Below are positions 31,070 through 39,662 of a DNA stretch of 61,935 nt, piece after piece (position 1 is the stretch's first letter; the number at the start of each line of letters is the position of its first letter). The position numbers were made by a program, and so were the translations under genes. The stretch lies in NCBI GenBank assembly GCA_021817225.1, contig JAKAVR010000004.1, forward strand, positions 1 to 61,935, in the 5' to 3' direction. This DNA comes from Thermoplasmata archaeon (lineage in GTDB: Archaea; Thermoplasmatota; Thermoplasmata; Sysuiplasmatales; Sysuiplasmataceae). Under the pieces are notes generated by a model, which was not told the DNA's origin, ran no database searches, and saw only the letters and a program-made list of their open reading frames with translations.

Positions 31070-31305
31070 ATTCCCCCGAGCCCCAGGAGCCGCAGCAGGA
31101 AGCACCCGAAAAGAAGGATGCGCTTGACGAATGGGTGGATGAGCTCGACAGGCTCATCGGCATCGAGCCGATGACTGAAGAGGATATGGCACTGCAGCAA
31201 CAGAACACGCAGAAGAAAAAGGGTTTCGACCCTGTCGTTGTGATTGTCGCAGTCATCTTAATTCTGATAGTGGTGGCGCTTCTGTTCTATTTCAGGGTCA
31301 TATGA
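31066..31305 (+). CDS. Small tail-anchored membrane protein
   Basis: ATGA overlap with tal; acidic N-terminus and a single C-terminal TM. Confidence 0.65.
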   Translation: MNSPEPQEPQQEAPEKKDALDEWVDELDRLIGIEPMTEEDMALQQQNTQKKKGFDPVVVIVAVILILIVVALLFYFRVI

Positions 31306-31397
31306 CCATGCAGACAGATGGGGTTGCCGAATGAGGGCAAATTAGCACCGGGCCCCGCGCAATTCTTGTGCGGCAGAGCGCCCTGCGCGATTCCGTC

Positions 31398-32654
31398 CTA
31401 AGTTGTCAGGAGATAGAATATATTGAAACCTAAAATCACGGATGCGAAAACAACTGCTGTCACTGTGATCAATTTCCTGTTGACAAAATCACCCATGAAC
31501 TTCTTCCTTGACGAGTAGTAGATCAGCGGTATCATGGGCAGTGGTATCATTATGCTTAGAACAACTTGGCTGTAGAAGAGAACAAAGAACGGATTCAGGC
31601 CAATAAGAATGGCAACGGTCGTGGGGAAGACGTTGATGACCCTTGTGACGATTCTTCTCAGCCACGGGTTGACCTTCCTTCCAAGCATGCCCTCCATTAT
31701 GGACTGCCCTGCGATTGTGCCTGTTGTGGATGAGGATAAACCGGATGCAAGGAGTGTTGCGACGAAGACATAGGCGGCCGCATTTCCGAAGAGCGGCCTG
31801 AGAGTGTGGTAAGCCACGTCGATGGTTGTGGCAAAGGTTAGATTCCTGGCGTGAAATGCTGCTGCGGCCATGATAAGTATGCACGCGTTCACTATCGACG
31901 CCGCAGTCAGGAAGACGATTGTATCTATGCGATGGTATCTGAGAAGCTCCCTCTTTTCCTCCAGGGTGCCCGTCTTCAGCTTCTTCCTTGTGAGATCCGA
32001 GTGCAGGAATAACACATGCGGCATGACGGTCGCGCCTATTATCGAGACTGCAAAAACAGCAAGCTGAGCATTGAGTGAAGGCACGAACGAGTTTGTGACA
32101 ACAGTTCCCATGTCCGGCTTTACGATCAGAAGCTCATACACGTATCCAATACCAATCATTCCGACAAACAGGAAGAATGCCTGTTCCACCCTCCTGAACC
32201 CCCAGCGTTGAAGGTAAATCAGGAGGAATACGTCGAAAACACCTATTAGCGATGCCTCGAGATAAACCATGCCGAAAATCAGGTGGAGTGCTATCACGGT
32301 GCCAAGGAATTCAGCAAGATCCACTGCCGCAGAAGCAGCCTCCGCACCCACCCAGTAAGGCAGGACAAGGTAAGGCTTCCCGAGGGATGAGCGGACGAGC
32401 TCCGGAAGCGACTTGCCTGTTGCTATCCCGAGCTTGCCGGAGAGGTACTGAAGGACCATGGCCATCAGCCCCGCCAGCCATACGACCCAGAGAAGCGTAT
32501 AGCCTGTGAGTGCACCGGAGTCTATGTCGCTGGCAAAATTGCCGGGGTCCTGATAGGCAACGCTGACTATCAGTGCCGGGCCCATGAATGCGACAAGTTT
32601 GAGAAGGCGCGCTGACCTTCCGGATTTCTTACCTTCGCTCTTGCTATAGAACAT
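31398..32654 (-). CDS. mntH: Nramp family divalent metal transporter
   Basis: AYQDPGNF, GATVMPH, SSSTTGTIAGQ. Confidence 0.93.
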   Translation of the reverse strand: MFYSKSEGKKSGRSARLLKLVAFMGPALIVSVAYQDPGNFASDIDSGALTGYTLLWVVWLAGLMAMVLQYLSGKLGIATGKSLPELVRSSLGKPYLVLPYWVGAEAASAAVDLAEFLGTVIALHLIFGMVYLEASLIGVFDVFLLIYLQRWGFRRVEQAFFLFVGMIGIGYVYELLIVKPDMGTVVTNSFVPSLNAQLAVFAVSIIGATVMPHVLFLHSDLTRKKLKTGTLEEKRELLRYHRIDTIVFLTAASIVNACILIMAAAAFHARNLTFATTIDVAYHTLRPLFGNAAAYVFVATLLASGLSSSTTGTIAGQSIMEGMLGRKVNPWLRRIVTRVINVFPTTVAILIGLNPFFVLFYSQVVLSIMIPLPMIPLIYYSSRKKFMGDFVNRKLITVTAVVFASVILGFNIFYLLTT

Positions 32655-32687
32655 TTTACAACTTCAGGAAACTTCACAAAACGTTTC

Positions 32688-33029
32688 TCAGGCACTTGCA
32701 CGCTTTCCCGGTGGGATAAGCCAGTCCATCAGGAAGTTCTTCATCGGAGGGCCAAGATCTGATTTGAGCAGTTCGAGCGACTCCCTTCCCCTTGAGGTCG
32801 TCGTGTAGTACTTGTGTACCTTTCCATGCTCAATCCTCACTTCCTCTTCCAGAAGGCCGTCATCCATGAGCTGGTGCAAAACGGGGTACAGCTTTCCGGG
32901 ACTCAGCACATGGTCGTGCATCCTTTCCACGTTCAGGAAATCTGTCCCCGAAATTGGTGACTTTGAGCAAATCCAGAGCACATAGGGCCTGAAAAGGCCT
33001 CGTTCCAGGAAGCGTGTCATTTCATCCAT
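32688..33029 (-). CDS. PadR family transcriptional regulator
   Basis: SPGKLYPVLHQL..GLL..KYYTTTSRG. Confidence 0.85.
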   Translation of the reverse strand: MDEMTRFLERGLFRPYVLWICSKSPISGTDFLNVERMHDHVLSPGKLYPVLHQLMDDGLLEEEVRIEHGKVHKYYTTTSRGRESLELLKSDLGPPMKNFLMDWLIPPGKRASA

Positions 33030-33163
33030 AGGGGCATTCTCCAGAGAATAATAACGGTCATCGATATCGGCATCCGATATTAATAGGTTTCAGCTGCAGG
33101 TCAGAAATGAAGAAACAATGCAGATGCAGCGGACTGAACGCAGCCGGAATGGCGCGCGGAGGC

Positions 33164-33919
33164 CTATCTGCCTCGGAATGAAGGGCGTCTCTTCTCTCCG
33201 AAGGCCTTCTTTCCCTCCTCAAAATCCCCGGACAGGCCGAGATTCCTCTGGACTTCCGCCTCCAGGGCAAGGAACGACTGGGATTCGCCAAAAATAGACT
33301 TGTTAATCAGCCTCTTGCTCTGCAGGTAGGACAAGTATGGGCCGCCGGACAGTTCCGAAGCTTTCTTCAGCGCTTCGCCCACGGGGTCATCCACGGAGCG
33401 GAAGAGACCCAGGGCTGAAGCCTCTTCACTGTCCATTTCCCCGCCCGAGAGCAGCATCTCCATCGCTTTCCCGGCTGGCATCAGTCTTGGCAGGAGAAAG
33501 GAAAGGCCTGTGTCCGGGGCAAGGCCGATCTTGTGAAAGGCTGTAATGAACCTGGCGCCGCGGGAGCAATACCTCACGTCGGCGGAAAGTGCGAGGCTGA
33601 TGCCCGCCCCGGCGGCGACGCCGTTGACAGCGCTGATAAATAACTTTGGCCCGAACCTTATCTCGTTAAGCAGCGGATGGAATGTGCTTGCCAGGTCAGC
33701 CCCAAGATCCTCCTTGATTGAATCAAGGTCGGCGCCGACGCAGAAACCCTTGCCTTCGCCAGTCAGCACAATGCACCTGACAGTTTCGTCTGAATTGGCA
33801 CCCTGCAGTTTGGCCATGAGCTCAAGCCTCATCTGTTCGTTGAGAGCGTTAAGCTTCTCGGGCCTGTTGAGCCTGAGGACGGCTGTTTGACCCTTCCTTT
33901 CCGTTTCCACTAGACTCAT
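33164..33919 (-). CDS. Enoyl-CoA hydratase/isomerase, PaaG-like
   Basis: LNRPEKLNALN, FCVGADL, AVNGVAAGAG, GLAPDTG (Asp as in PaaG); TGATG overlap with upstream gene. Confidence 0.85.
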   Translation of the reverse strand: MSLVETERKGQTAVLRLNRPEKLNALNEQMRLELMAKLQGANSDETVRCIVLTGEGKGFCVGADLDSIKEDLGADLASTFHPLLNEIRFGPKLFISAVNGVAAGAGISLALSADVRYCSRGARFITAFHKIGLAPDTGLSFLLPRLMPAGKAMEMLLSGGEMDSEEASALGLFRSVDDPVGEALKKASELSGGPYLSYLQSKRLINKSIFGESQSFLALEAEVQRNLGLSGDFEEGKKAFGEKRRPSFRGR

Positions 33920-34683
33920 CACTTCCACTCCGGTTTCCTCTTCTCCACAAATGCGGTGATGCCCTCCCTTCCTTCCTCGCTTTCCAGGGAGAGATAAAAG
34001 TCCCTGCGTTCGAATTCAAGGCCCTGCTGAAGCGTCGTCTCGAAGGCTGCATTTATGCTTTCTTTTGAAAGCTCGAGAGCGAACTGTGGTCTTGAGCCCA
34101 TTGCCACCGCAATCGATACAGCCTCATCCATGAGATGCCCATCATCGACAGCCCTGAGTATGAGACCGCACTGAGCCGCCTCTTCAGCGGACAGGAGCTT
34201 CCCCGTCATTACCATCTCCATCGCCTTCTGCTTCCCCACAGCCCTTGTGAGTCTCTGCGTTCCGCCCGCGCCTGGCATTATGCCAAGATTGGTTTCAGTC
34301 TGGCCGAGCATTGCGCTTCTTGATGCGACTGCGATGTCACACGCCATTGCGAGCTCAAGGCCGCCACCAGCAGTTATGCCGTTGAGGGCTGCAATCACCG
34401 GTTTCCTGAAGCTCTTTAATCTTGTCCACAGCGGCATGTGCCCGCCCCTTGCCACCTCTTCAATGGACATGTGAGACATCTCGACGACATCGGCGCCCGC
34501 TGAAAAGGCCTTCCCGTTGCCCGTTACTATTACAGTGCGGACAGCGTCGTCCTTCTCGAATGAGTCAAATGCCTCGACGAGGTCCTTTACCATTTCCATA
34601 TTGATTGCATTCAACTTTGCGGGCCTGTTGAGACGGATGATGCCCGCACTCCCCCTTGTCTCTATTTCAACGGTTCCAGCCAT
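33919..34683 (-). CDS. Enoyl-CoA hydratase, PaaF-like
   Basis: FSAGAD, GGGLELAMACD, GQTETNLGIMPGAGGTQRL with both catalytic Glu. Confidence 0.87.
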   Translation of the reverse strand: MAGTVEIETRGSAGIIRLNRPAKLNAINMEMVKDLVEAFDSFEKDDAVRTVIVTGNGKAFSAGADVVEMSHMSIEEVARGGHMPLWTRLKSFRKPVIAALNGITAGGGLELAMACDIAVASRSAMLGQTETNLGIMPGAGGTQRLTRAVGKQKAMEMVMTGKLLSAEEAAQCGLILRAVDDGHLMDEAVSIAVAMGSRPQFALELSKESINAAFETTLQQGLEFERRDFYLSLESEEGREGITAFVEKRKPEWK

Positions 34684-34858
34684 GCCGAATCACCAGCCAC
34701 TTGAACCGAATACATATATCTAACAGTATAGTCCCGGCAGCCGCTCGGTTTATCCGGTGCGCAATGACGCCTCAATCGGGCGCTTGCGCCCGCGCCGTTC
34801 AAGGCATGCACCAGCTGCCCATTCTTAAATAATCGACAGTGCACTATCCCAAACCAAC

Positions 34859-35887
34859 ATGAATGAAAGCGGTGGACCGGACAAGATAGAGCTGCCCGAA
34901 TTCCCGCCAAACAACATTTACCCCGCGGAGTGGGACTTCAGGAACGACCTGGAATGGAGACTCTATTCCAGGTCAAAGAGGGAACAGTGGGACGAGGAAA
35001 AACTGAACTGGGCAAGACTCGATGAAATTGTGACCGGACTCGACAACAAGGAAAGGCTTGCGATGGCCTACTGGTGGGCGCTTCTTTCCACCTTCGACAA
35101 TGCAAATCCTGTCTTCTCCTACGCCGTTGTAAAGGCGCACGAACTGAAGGAGAATACGGCGGTGAGATGCCTGCTTAACACAATAGCCTTTGACGAAAAC
35201 AGGCACAACATAGTCTGCGGAATGTGCATAAACAAGCTGTGCCCCGGCTTTCCCATGAATTTCAAGCCGAAGGACGACCTGGAGGCACGGGCGAGGGCGA
35301 ATATCATATGGACTTGGTACAACGGCGCAAGATACTGGAAGGCTTATCTCGAGTCATATAACAAGTACTCGACCGATGTGCTTTTCACATCTTTCATGAT
35401 GGGGGAGGCAGCAGCCACGACCGTATTCACCCAGATGTCAAACAACACAAAGATCGAAACCTTCAGGGAAGCATTCAGGAACATTGCAGTGGACGAGACA
35501 AGGCATTACGCGTTCACACAGCTTGTAATGGCCGACGGCGCCAAGAAGATGAATGAAGAAAGGAAGAGGCTGGTGACAAAGCAGATCAAGGCCGGCTTCA
35601 TCTTCCTGTCTCTGATCACATACAAGCTTCCGGCCAAGTCAAACACTTTCTGGAAGTTGCCCCATTACTTCGTAGAAGTGAACGAAAGGATGGAAGACAT
35701 TGCAAGGGATTCCGGTCTTGGAATACCACTTCTTTCTGAAAAGGAGAACGCATGGAGATCGGCTGTAATGAAGGTGGGCGCGTCACTCAAACGGTACGGT
35801 ATAAGGCTTCCCGAAATACCTGAGCTTGGAATCAGCGGGGACGACGTCGGCGATGTTGACGGTGACGAGATAGTGCCCGTGTTCTGA
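34859..35887 (+). CDS. Ferritin-like diiron-carboxylate protein
   Basis: Two DExRH motifs (FDENRH, VDETRH) with intervening GEAAA. Confidence 0.75.
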   Translation: MNESGGPDKIELPEFPPNNIYPAEWDFRNDLEWRLYSRSKREQWDEEKLNWARLDEIVTGLDNKERLAMAYWWALLSTFDNANPVFSYAVVKAHELKENTAVRCLLNTIAFDENRHNIVCGMCINKLCPGFPMNFKPKDDLEARARANIIWTWYNGARYWKAYLESYNKYSTDVLFTSFMMGEAAATTVFTQMSNNTKIETFREAFRNIAVDETRHYAFTQLVMADGAKKMNEERKRLVTKQIKAGFIFLSLITYKLPAKSNTFWKLPHYFVEVNERMEDIARDSGLGIPLLSEKENAWRSAVMKVGASLKRYGIRLPEIPELGISGDDVGDVDGDEIVPVF

Positions 35888-35917
35888 TCAGGCTGGAAAT
35901 TCACGAGGAAACTGGAA

Positions 35918-37084
35918 ATGGTCTCCGGAAAGTATGATGCTGTTGTCATCGGTGGAGGACCTGCTGGCCTCACATTCGCGGCTGAAACGGCCGGGAAGAT
36001 GAGCGTGCTCCTTCTGGAAGAGAACTTCGAGGTGGGAAAGCCAGTGCAGTGCTCTGGGCTTGTCAGCCCGAGGGTGATCGAGATGAGCGGACTCGACAGG
36101 TGGCACAATGTCATCGGCTCCGTAGATTTCATCTCGCCGAACGGAGGCAGGCTCTCGCTGCGCGGAAGCGAGCCGAAGGGTTATGTGATCGACAGGAGCG
36201 GCCTTGACGTCCACCTCGCGGAAAGGGCGGCAAGGAACGGGGTCGAGACGCTTATGGGGGCGACATTCACAGACGCACAAAGGGTACCGGACGGCGTCAG
36301 GATTTCATTCAGGCAGGGCGGGGAGACACGATTTGTGGAGACGGGCCTTGTCGTCGGGGCAGATGGTGTGTCCTCTGCAGTGGGCAGGAGGTTCGGCCTC
36401 ACAAGATTCAGGGAAATGGTCTCATGCATCCAGACGGATGCAGTCGCGGCAGGTCTTGACGAGGGGGACGCAGTGAGTCTTTTCTTCGGGTCGGAAGTGG
36501 CGCCCGGTTTCTTTGCATGGTCCATACCCGCGGGCGGTTTTGCAAGAATCGGCCTGGGAATATCGGCAGGCGCGAACACAGCCGACCACTACTTCAAGAA
36601 ACTTCTCGAGAGGCTCGGCGTCAGGAGGACGCTCAACATAACGGCCGGGCCCATCCCCATCGGAAACAGGGGGAGAATGGTCGACGACAACGTGCTGATA
36701 GTGGGTGATGCTGCGGGACAGGTGAAACCCATCTCCGGCGGGGGCATTTTCACTGGCATGGCCGCGGCGCGGCTTGCCGCCGGGGTCGCAATCTCCGCTC
36801 ACGAGAGGGGCGGAATGACGAGGAAATCACTCTCGCTGTACGAGAGCGGCTGGAGAAAGGGGGTAGGGAGGGAACTTGAACGCGCAGCTCTTGTGAGAAG
36901 GATCTTCCTGCAGATGAACGATTCAAAGCTCGACCTGCTCTTCCGCATACTCGACGAGAGCTCGCTGAAGGAAGTGCTCTCAACTGGCGACATAGATTTT
37001 CCAACAGAGCTTTCACCGCTTCTGCTTTCAAGGGAGCCATCACTATGGCGTTTCTCGCCCCAGTTGATTCGTGCGCTCTTCTGA
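35918..37084 (+). CDS. Geranylgeranyl reductase family flavoprotein
   Basis: VIGGGPAG, KPVQCSG, IDRSGLD, GADG, GDAAGQVKPISGGGI. Confidence 0.88.
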   Translation: MVSGKYDAVVIGGGPAGLTFAAETAGKMSVLLLEENFEVGKPVQCSGLVSPRVIEMSGLDRWHNVIGSVDFISPNGGRLSLRGSEPKGYVIDRSGLDVHLAERAARNGVETLMGATFTDAQRVPDGVRISFRQGGETRFVETGLVVGADGVSSAVGRRFGLTRFREMVSCIQTDAVAAGLDEGDAVSLFFGSEVAPGFFAWSIPAGGFARIGLGISAGANTADHYFKKLLERLGVRRTLNITAGPIPIGNRGRMVDDNVLIVGDAAGQVKPISGGGIFTGMAAARLAAGVAISAHERGGMTRKSLSLYESGWRKGVGRELERAALVRRIFLQMNDSKLDLLFRILDESSLKEVLSTGDIDFPTELSPLLLSREPSLWRFSPQLIRALF

Positions 37085-37801
37085 TCATATGTGCCTGCGC
37101 TTCTTTTCGACCCTGTACAGGACATAGGAGAATGCGGCGAATACACCTGCGAGGCCGCCCGTAATCCACAGCAGGTAGACGGGCGAAGGCGAGTTGACCG
37201 TGAAGGATGTGTCCGGCAGCACACCCTGGTACCCCAGCGTTCCGTTGAGGTAGCTGTAGTTAAGGTAAGTCGTCCCAGTCCCCTGGACGAGAATCCTGCT
37301 CCACTGAGTCTGGTTGAATACACCCTTTGACGCCATGCGTATGGTGCTCCCGTTGAGCGAAAAGGAAAGGTAGGTGCTTACGAAGTATGTCCCCGTATTG
37401 AAGAAGTCACCGTGCCTTGTAGACTGTGTAGTGGCCACAGTGAAATTGAGGTAAACCGATGCAAGCGGGCCGAGGCTGCTCAGATTGCGGTAGGCTGCCG
37501 TCCCGCCGCCAACAAAAGAGGGGCGCTGTGAGGAAGGAAGGGAAACAACCGAAGCATCCGAATCTGTTGTTGCATAGCCGTATATCACAAGCCTGACACT
37601 TGCATTCGCGATAGTGTGGTTGAACGGGTTCAGGACCTTCAGCTCAAGGGGGCCGGACTGTCCTGGAGACAGCTGTGGTGTTTTCACAACGACGAGAAGC
37701 CTGTCGGCATAGTTCTGGTAGTTTGCGGGACCTGCGACTGCAGGCTGGAAGGAACCGAGCAGGAGTGAAAGAACGAGCAGTGGCATGATGACCCTGAGCA
37801 T
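37085..37801 (-). CDS. Secreted protein with C-terminal membrane anchor
   Basis: Signal peptide, beta-rich domain, C-terminal TM followed by KKRR. Confidence 0.75.
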   Translation of the reverse strand: MLRVIMPLLVLSLLLGSFQPAVAGPANYQNYADRLLVVVKTPQLSPGQSGPLELKVLNPFNHTIANASVRLVIYGYATTDSDASVVSLPSSQRPSFVGGGTAAYRNLSSLGPLASVYLNFTVATTQSTRHGDFFNTGTYFVSTYLSFSLNGSTIRMASKGVFNQTQWSRILVQGTGTTYLNYSYLNGTLGYQGVLPDTSFTVNSPSPVYLLWITGGLAGVFAAFSYVLYRVEKKRRHI

Positions 37802-37855
37802 CGACGGACAAAATCACCGATAACTATTAAAAACCGGTCGGTTGAATGCCGACCT

Positions 37856-38878
37856 ATGGTGCCGAGCGCTGCATTGCTCGTAGCGGCAGGTGAGAGGAAG
37901 AGTGCGATGCAGTATCTAATTGGCGCGGGACTCGTGGACCCGAGGTTCAGGGTAGTGGCTCGGGGCGGTGATGTCGTAATACCGCTGAAGGAAATGCCGG
38001 CGGAGCTGCCTGAAGGTGTGGAAGTCAGGCAGGCGGATGCAGCAATTTTCGAAGGTAGATATTCGGGCGACCCTTACACCGTTGCTGTCATGGAAACAGG
38101 CCTGGCCGAGCATCTCAGGAAGATGCTTCCCAGGAAGTGGGAGATGGTGGGCCGATCTCTCATGCTGAAGCTGGATCCGGTGCTCCTTGATCACGCCTTC
38201 GATATAGGCCGTGCGTATGCGACTGCACTGAACGCCGAAAGCGCCTATGTGGTTCTGGGGAGGGTGAGGGGGAATTACAGGAAACCCTCCCTGCGACTCG
38301 TCTATGGCAAAGGAGGCGAGACAGTGCACAGGGAAAACGGCGTCGATTATGTACTGGATGTTGCAAGCGTCATGTTTTCCTCGTCGAATCATGACGAGCG
38401 AATCAGGATGTCGGCGCTGGACTGCACGGGCGAAACGATTGTGGACATGTTTGCAGGCATCGGACACCTTTCCATGCCCATTGCTGTCCACGGTTCGCCT
38501 GCACGCATCATTGCTTCTGAGGCCGACGCTGACACATTCATGTACCTGAAGAAGACGATAGAGGCTAACCTTGTTTCCTCAATATACACCGCCGTCAATG
38601 CGGACAACAGGGAACTGGAAGTTGCGGATTGCGACCGCATAATCATGGGCTACCTGGAAGGGACAAGGGATTATCTGCAGAAGGCGCTCTCGATGGGAAG
38701 GAAGGGGACCGTCATTCATTTCCACGAAGAGGTAAGGCACGGGATGGAAGATGAATGGAGAAGGCTGATAGTTGACAGGTACTGCTCCGGAAGGGTAAGG
38801 GCGCTGTCGATGAGGAAAGTCAAGGGTTATTCGGCACTTTCGGACCACATGGCGCTTGATCTCGAGGTGCTGGACTGA
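37856..38878 (+). CDS. Trm5/Taw2-family SAM-dependent tRNA-modifying enzyme
   Basis: HRENG..Y.LD..VMFS..N..ER, VDMFAGIG, DRIIMGY. Confidence 0.82.
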   Translation: MVPSAALLVAAGERKSAMQYLIGAGLVDPRFRVVARGGDVVIPLKEMPAELPEGVEVRQADAAIFEGRYSGDPYTVAVMETGLAEHLRKMLPRKWEMVGRSLMLKLDPVLLDHAFDIGRAYATALNAESAYVVLGRVRGNYRKPSLRLVYGKGGETVHRENGVDYVLDVASVMFSSSNHDERIRMSALDCTGETIVDMFAGIGHLSMPIAVHGSPARIIASEADADTFMYLKKTIEANLVSSIYTAVNADNRELEVADCDRIIMGYLEGTRDYLQKALSMGRKGTVIHFHEEVRHGMEDEWRRLIVDRYCSGRVRALSMRKVKGYSALSDHMALDLEVLD

Positions 38879-38938
38879 ACAGGGCGCAAACTGTTTAGTA
38901 AACAGATAGCATTGATTGAAAACTGAACAGGTCTGGTT

Positions 38939-39658
38939 ATGGGAGAAAGAGAGGACTACGCCAAGGGATTCCTGAAAGGGTACGAAGACGCCCTCAACGA
39001 GGTTTGGAACGAGGTCCTTGCCATCGGCAGCAGGTCGTACTCCCCTCACGAGCTTCAGATACTCGCCCGGACCAGGAAGAACATGATCCAGCAGTCCGTG
39101 GAAATGAAGAAGGCGGAACTTCAGAGGTTGCTGGGCATAGTGCTCTCGGTGCCCGAGGACAGGTCGAAGCTTGCCTCGGGCCTCTCGGAGGGCGATTCCA
39201 TAATGGTCAGGGAGGAAAGGCCCGACAAGGCGTTTGCAATATTCGCAAGGCTCACGGAAAGGGGCATGAGGGGCATGTCGGTGACAAGAACGGACCCCTT
39301 CAAGGCAGTTGCCCGCTACGGACTGAACGGCGGGAAGATAGATTTCATCTGGCTCACAAGGATAGAGAAGGACGTGATTGAAAACGGAGGAATAAGGGCA
39401 AAGGTCAGGAGCAATCTGGCCGGCCTGGCGTCCGAAATAAGGGACTTCCTTTCAAAACCGGGTGGAGGGGCAGTCGTGCTCGAGGGGATGGAATACCTGG
39501 TGACGCAGTACGACTTCAGGTCGGTGCTGCGCTTCATCCAGATGGTCAGGGAGCAGGTTTCCTACACAGGCGGTTTCTTCATCATTTCCGCCGACCCTGA
39601 TGCGGCGGATGAGAAGGACTACAGGCTGATTGAGAAGGAGATGACGCTTACACTCTGA
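38939..39658 (+). CDS. DUF835 domain protein
   Basis: FIWLT, AVVLEGMEYL..YDFRSVLRFI; N-terminal YAKGFLKGYEDA helix. Confidence 0.75.
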   Translation: MGEREDYAKGFLKGYEDALNEVWNEVLAIGSRSYSPHELQILARTRKNMIQQSVEMKKAELQRLLGIVLSVPEDRSKLASGLSEGDSIMVREERPDKAFAIFARLTERGMRGMSVTRTDPFKAVARYGLNGGKIDFIWLTRIEKDVIENGGIRAKVRSNLAGLASEIRDFLSKPGGGAVVLEGMEYLVTQYDFRSVLRFIQMVREQVSYTGGFFIISADPDAADEKDYRLIEKEMTLTL

Positions 39659-39662
39659 TCTC

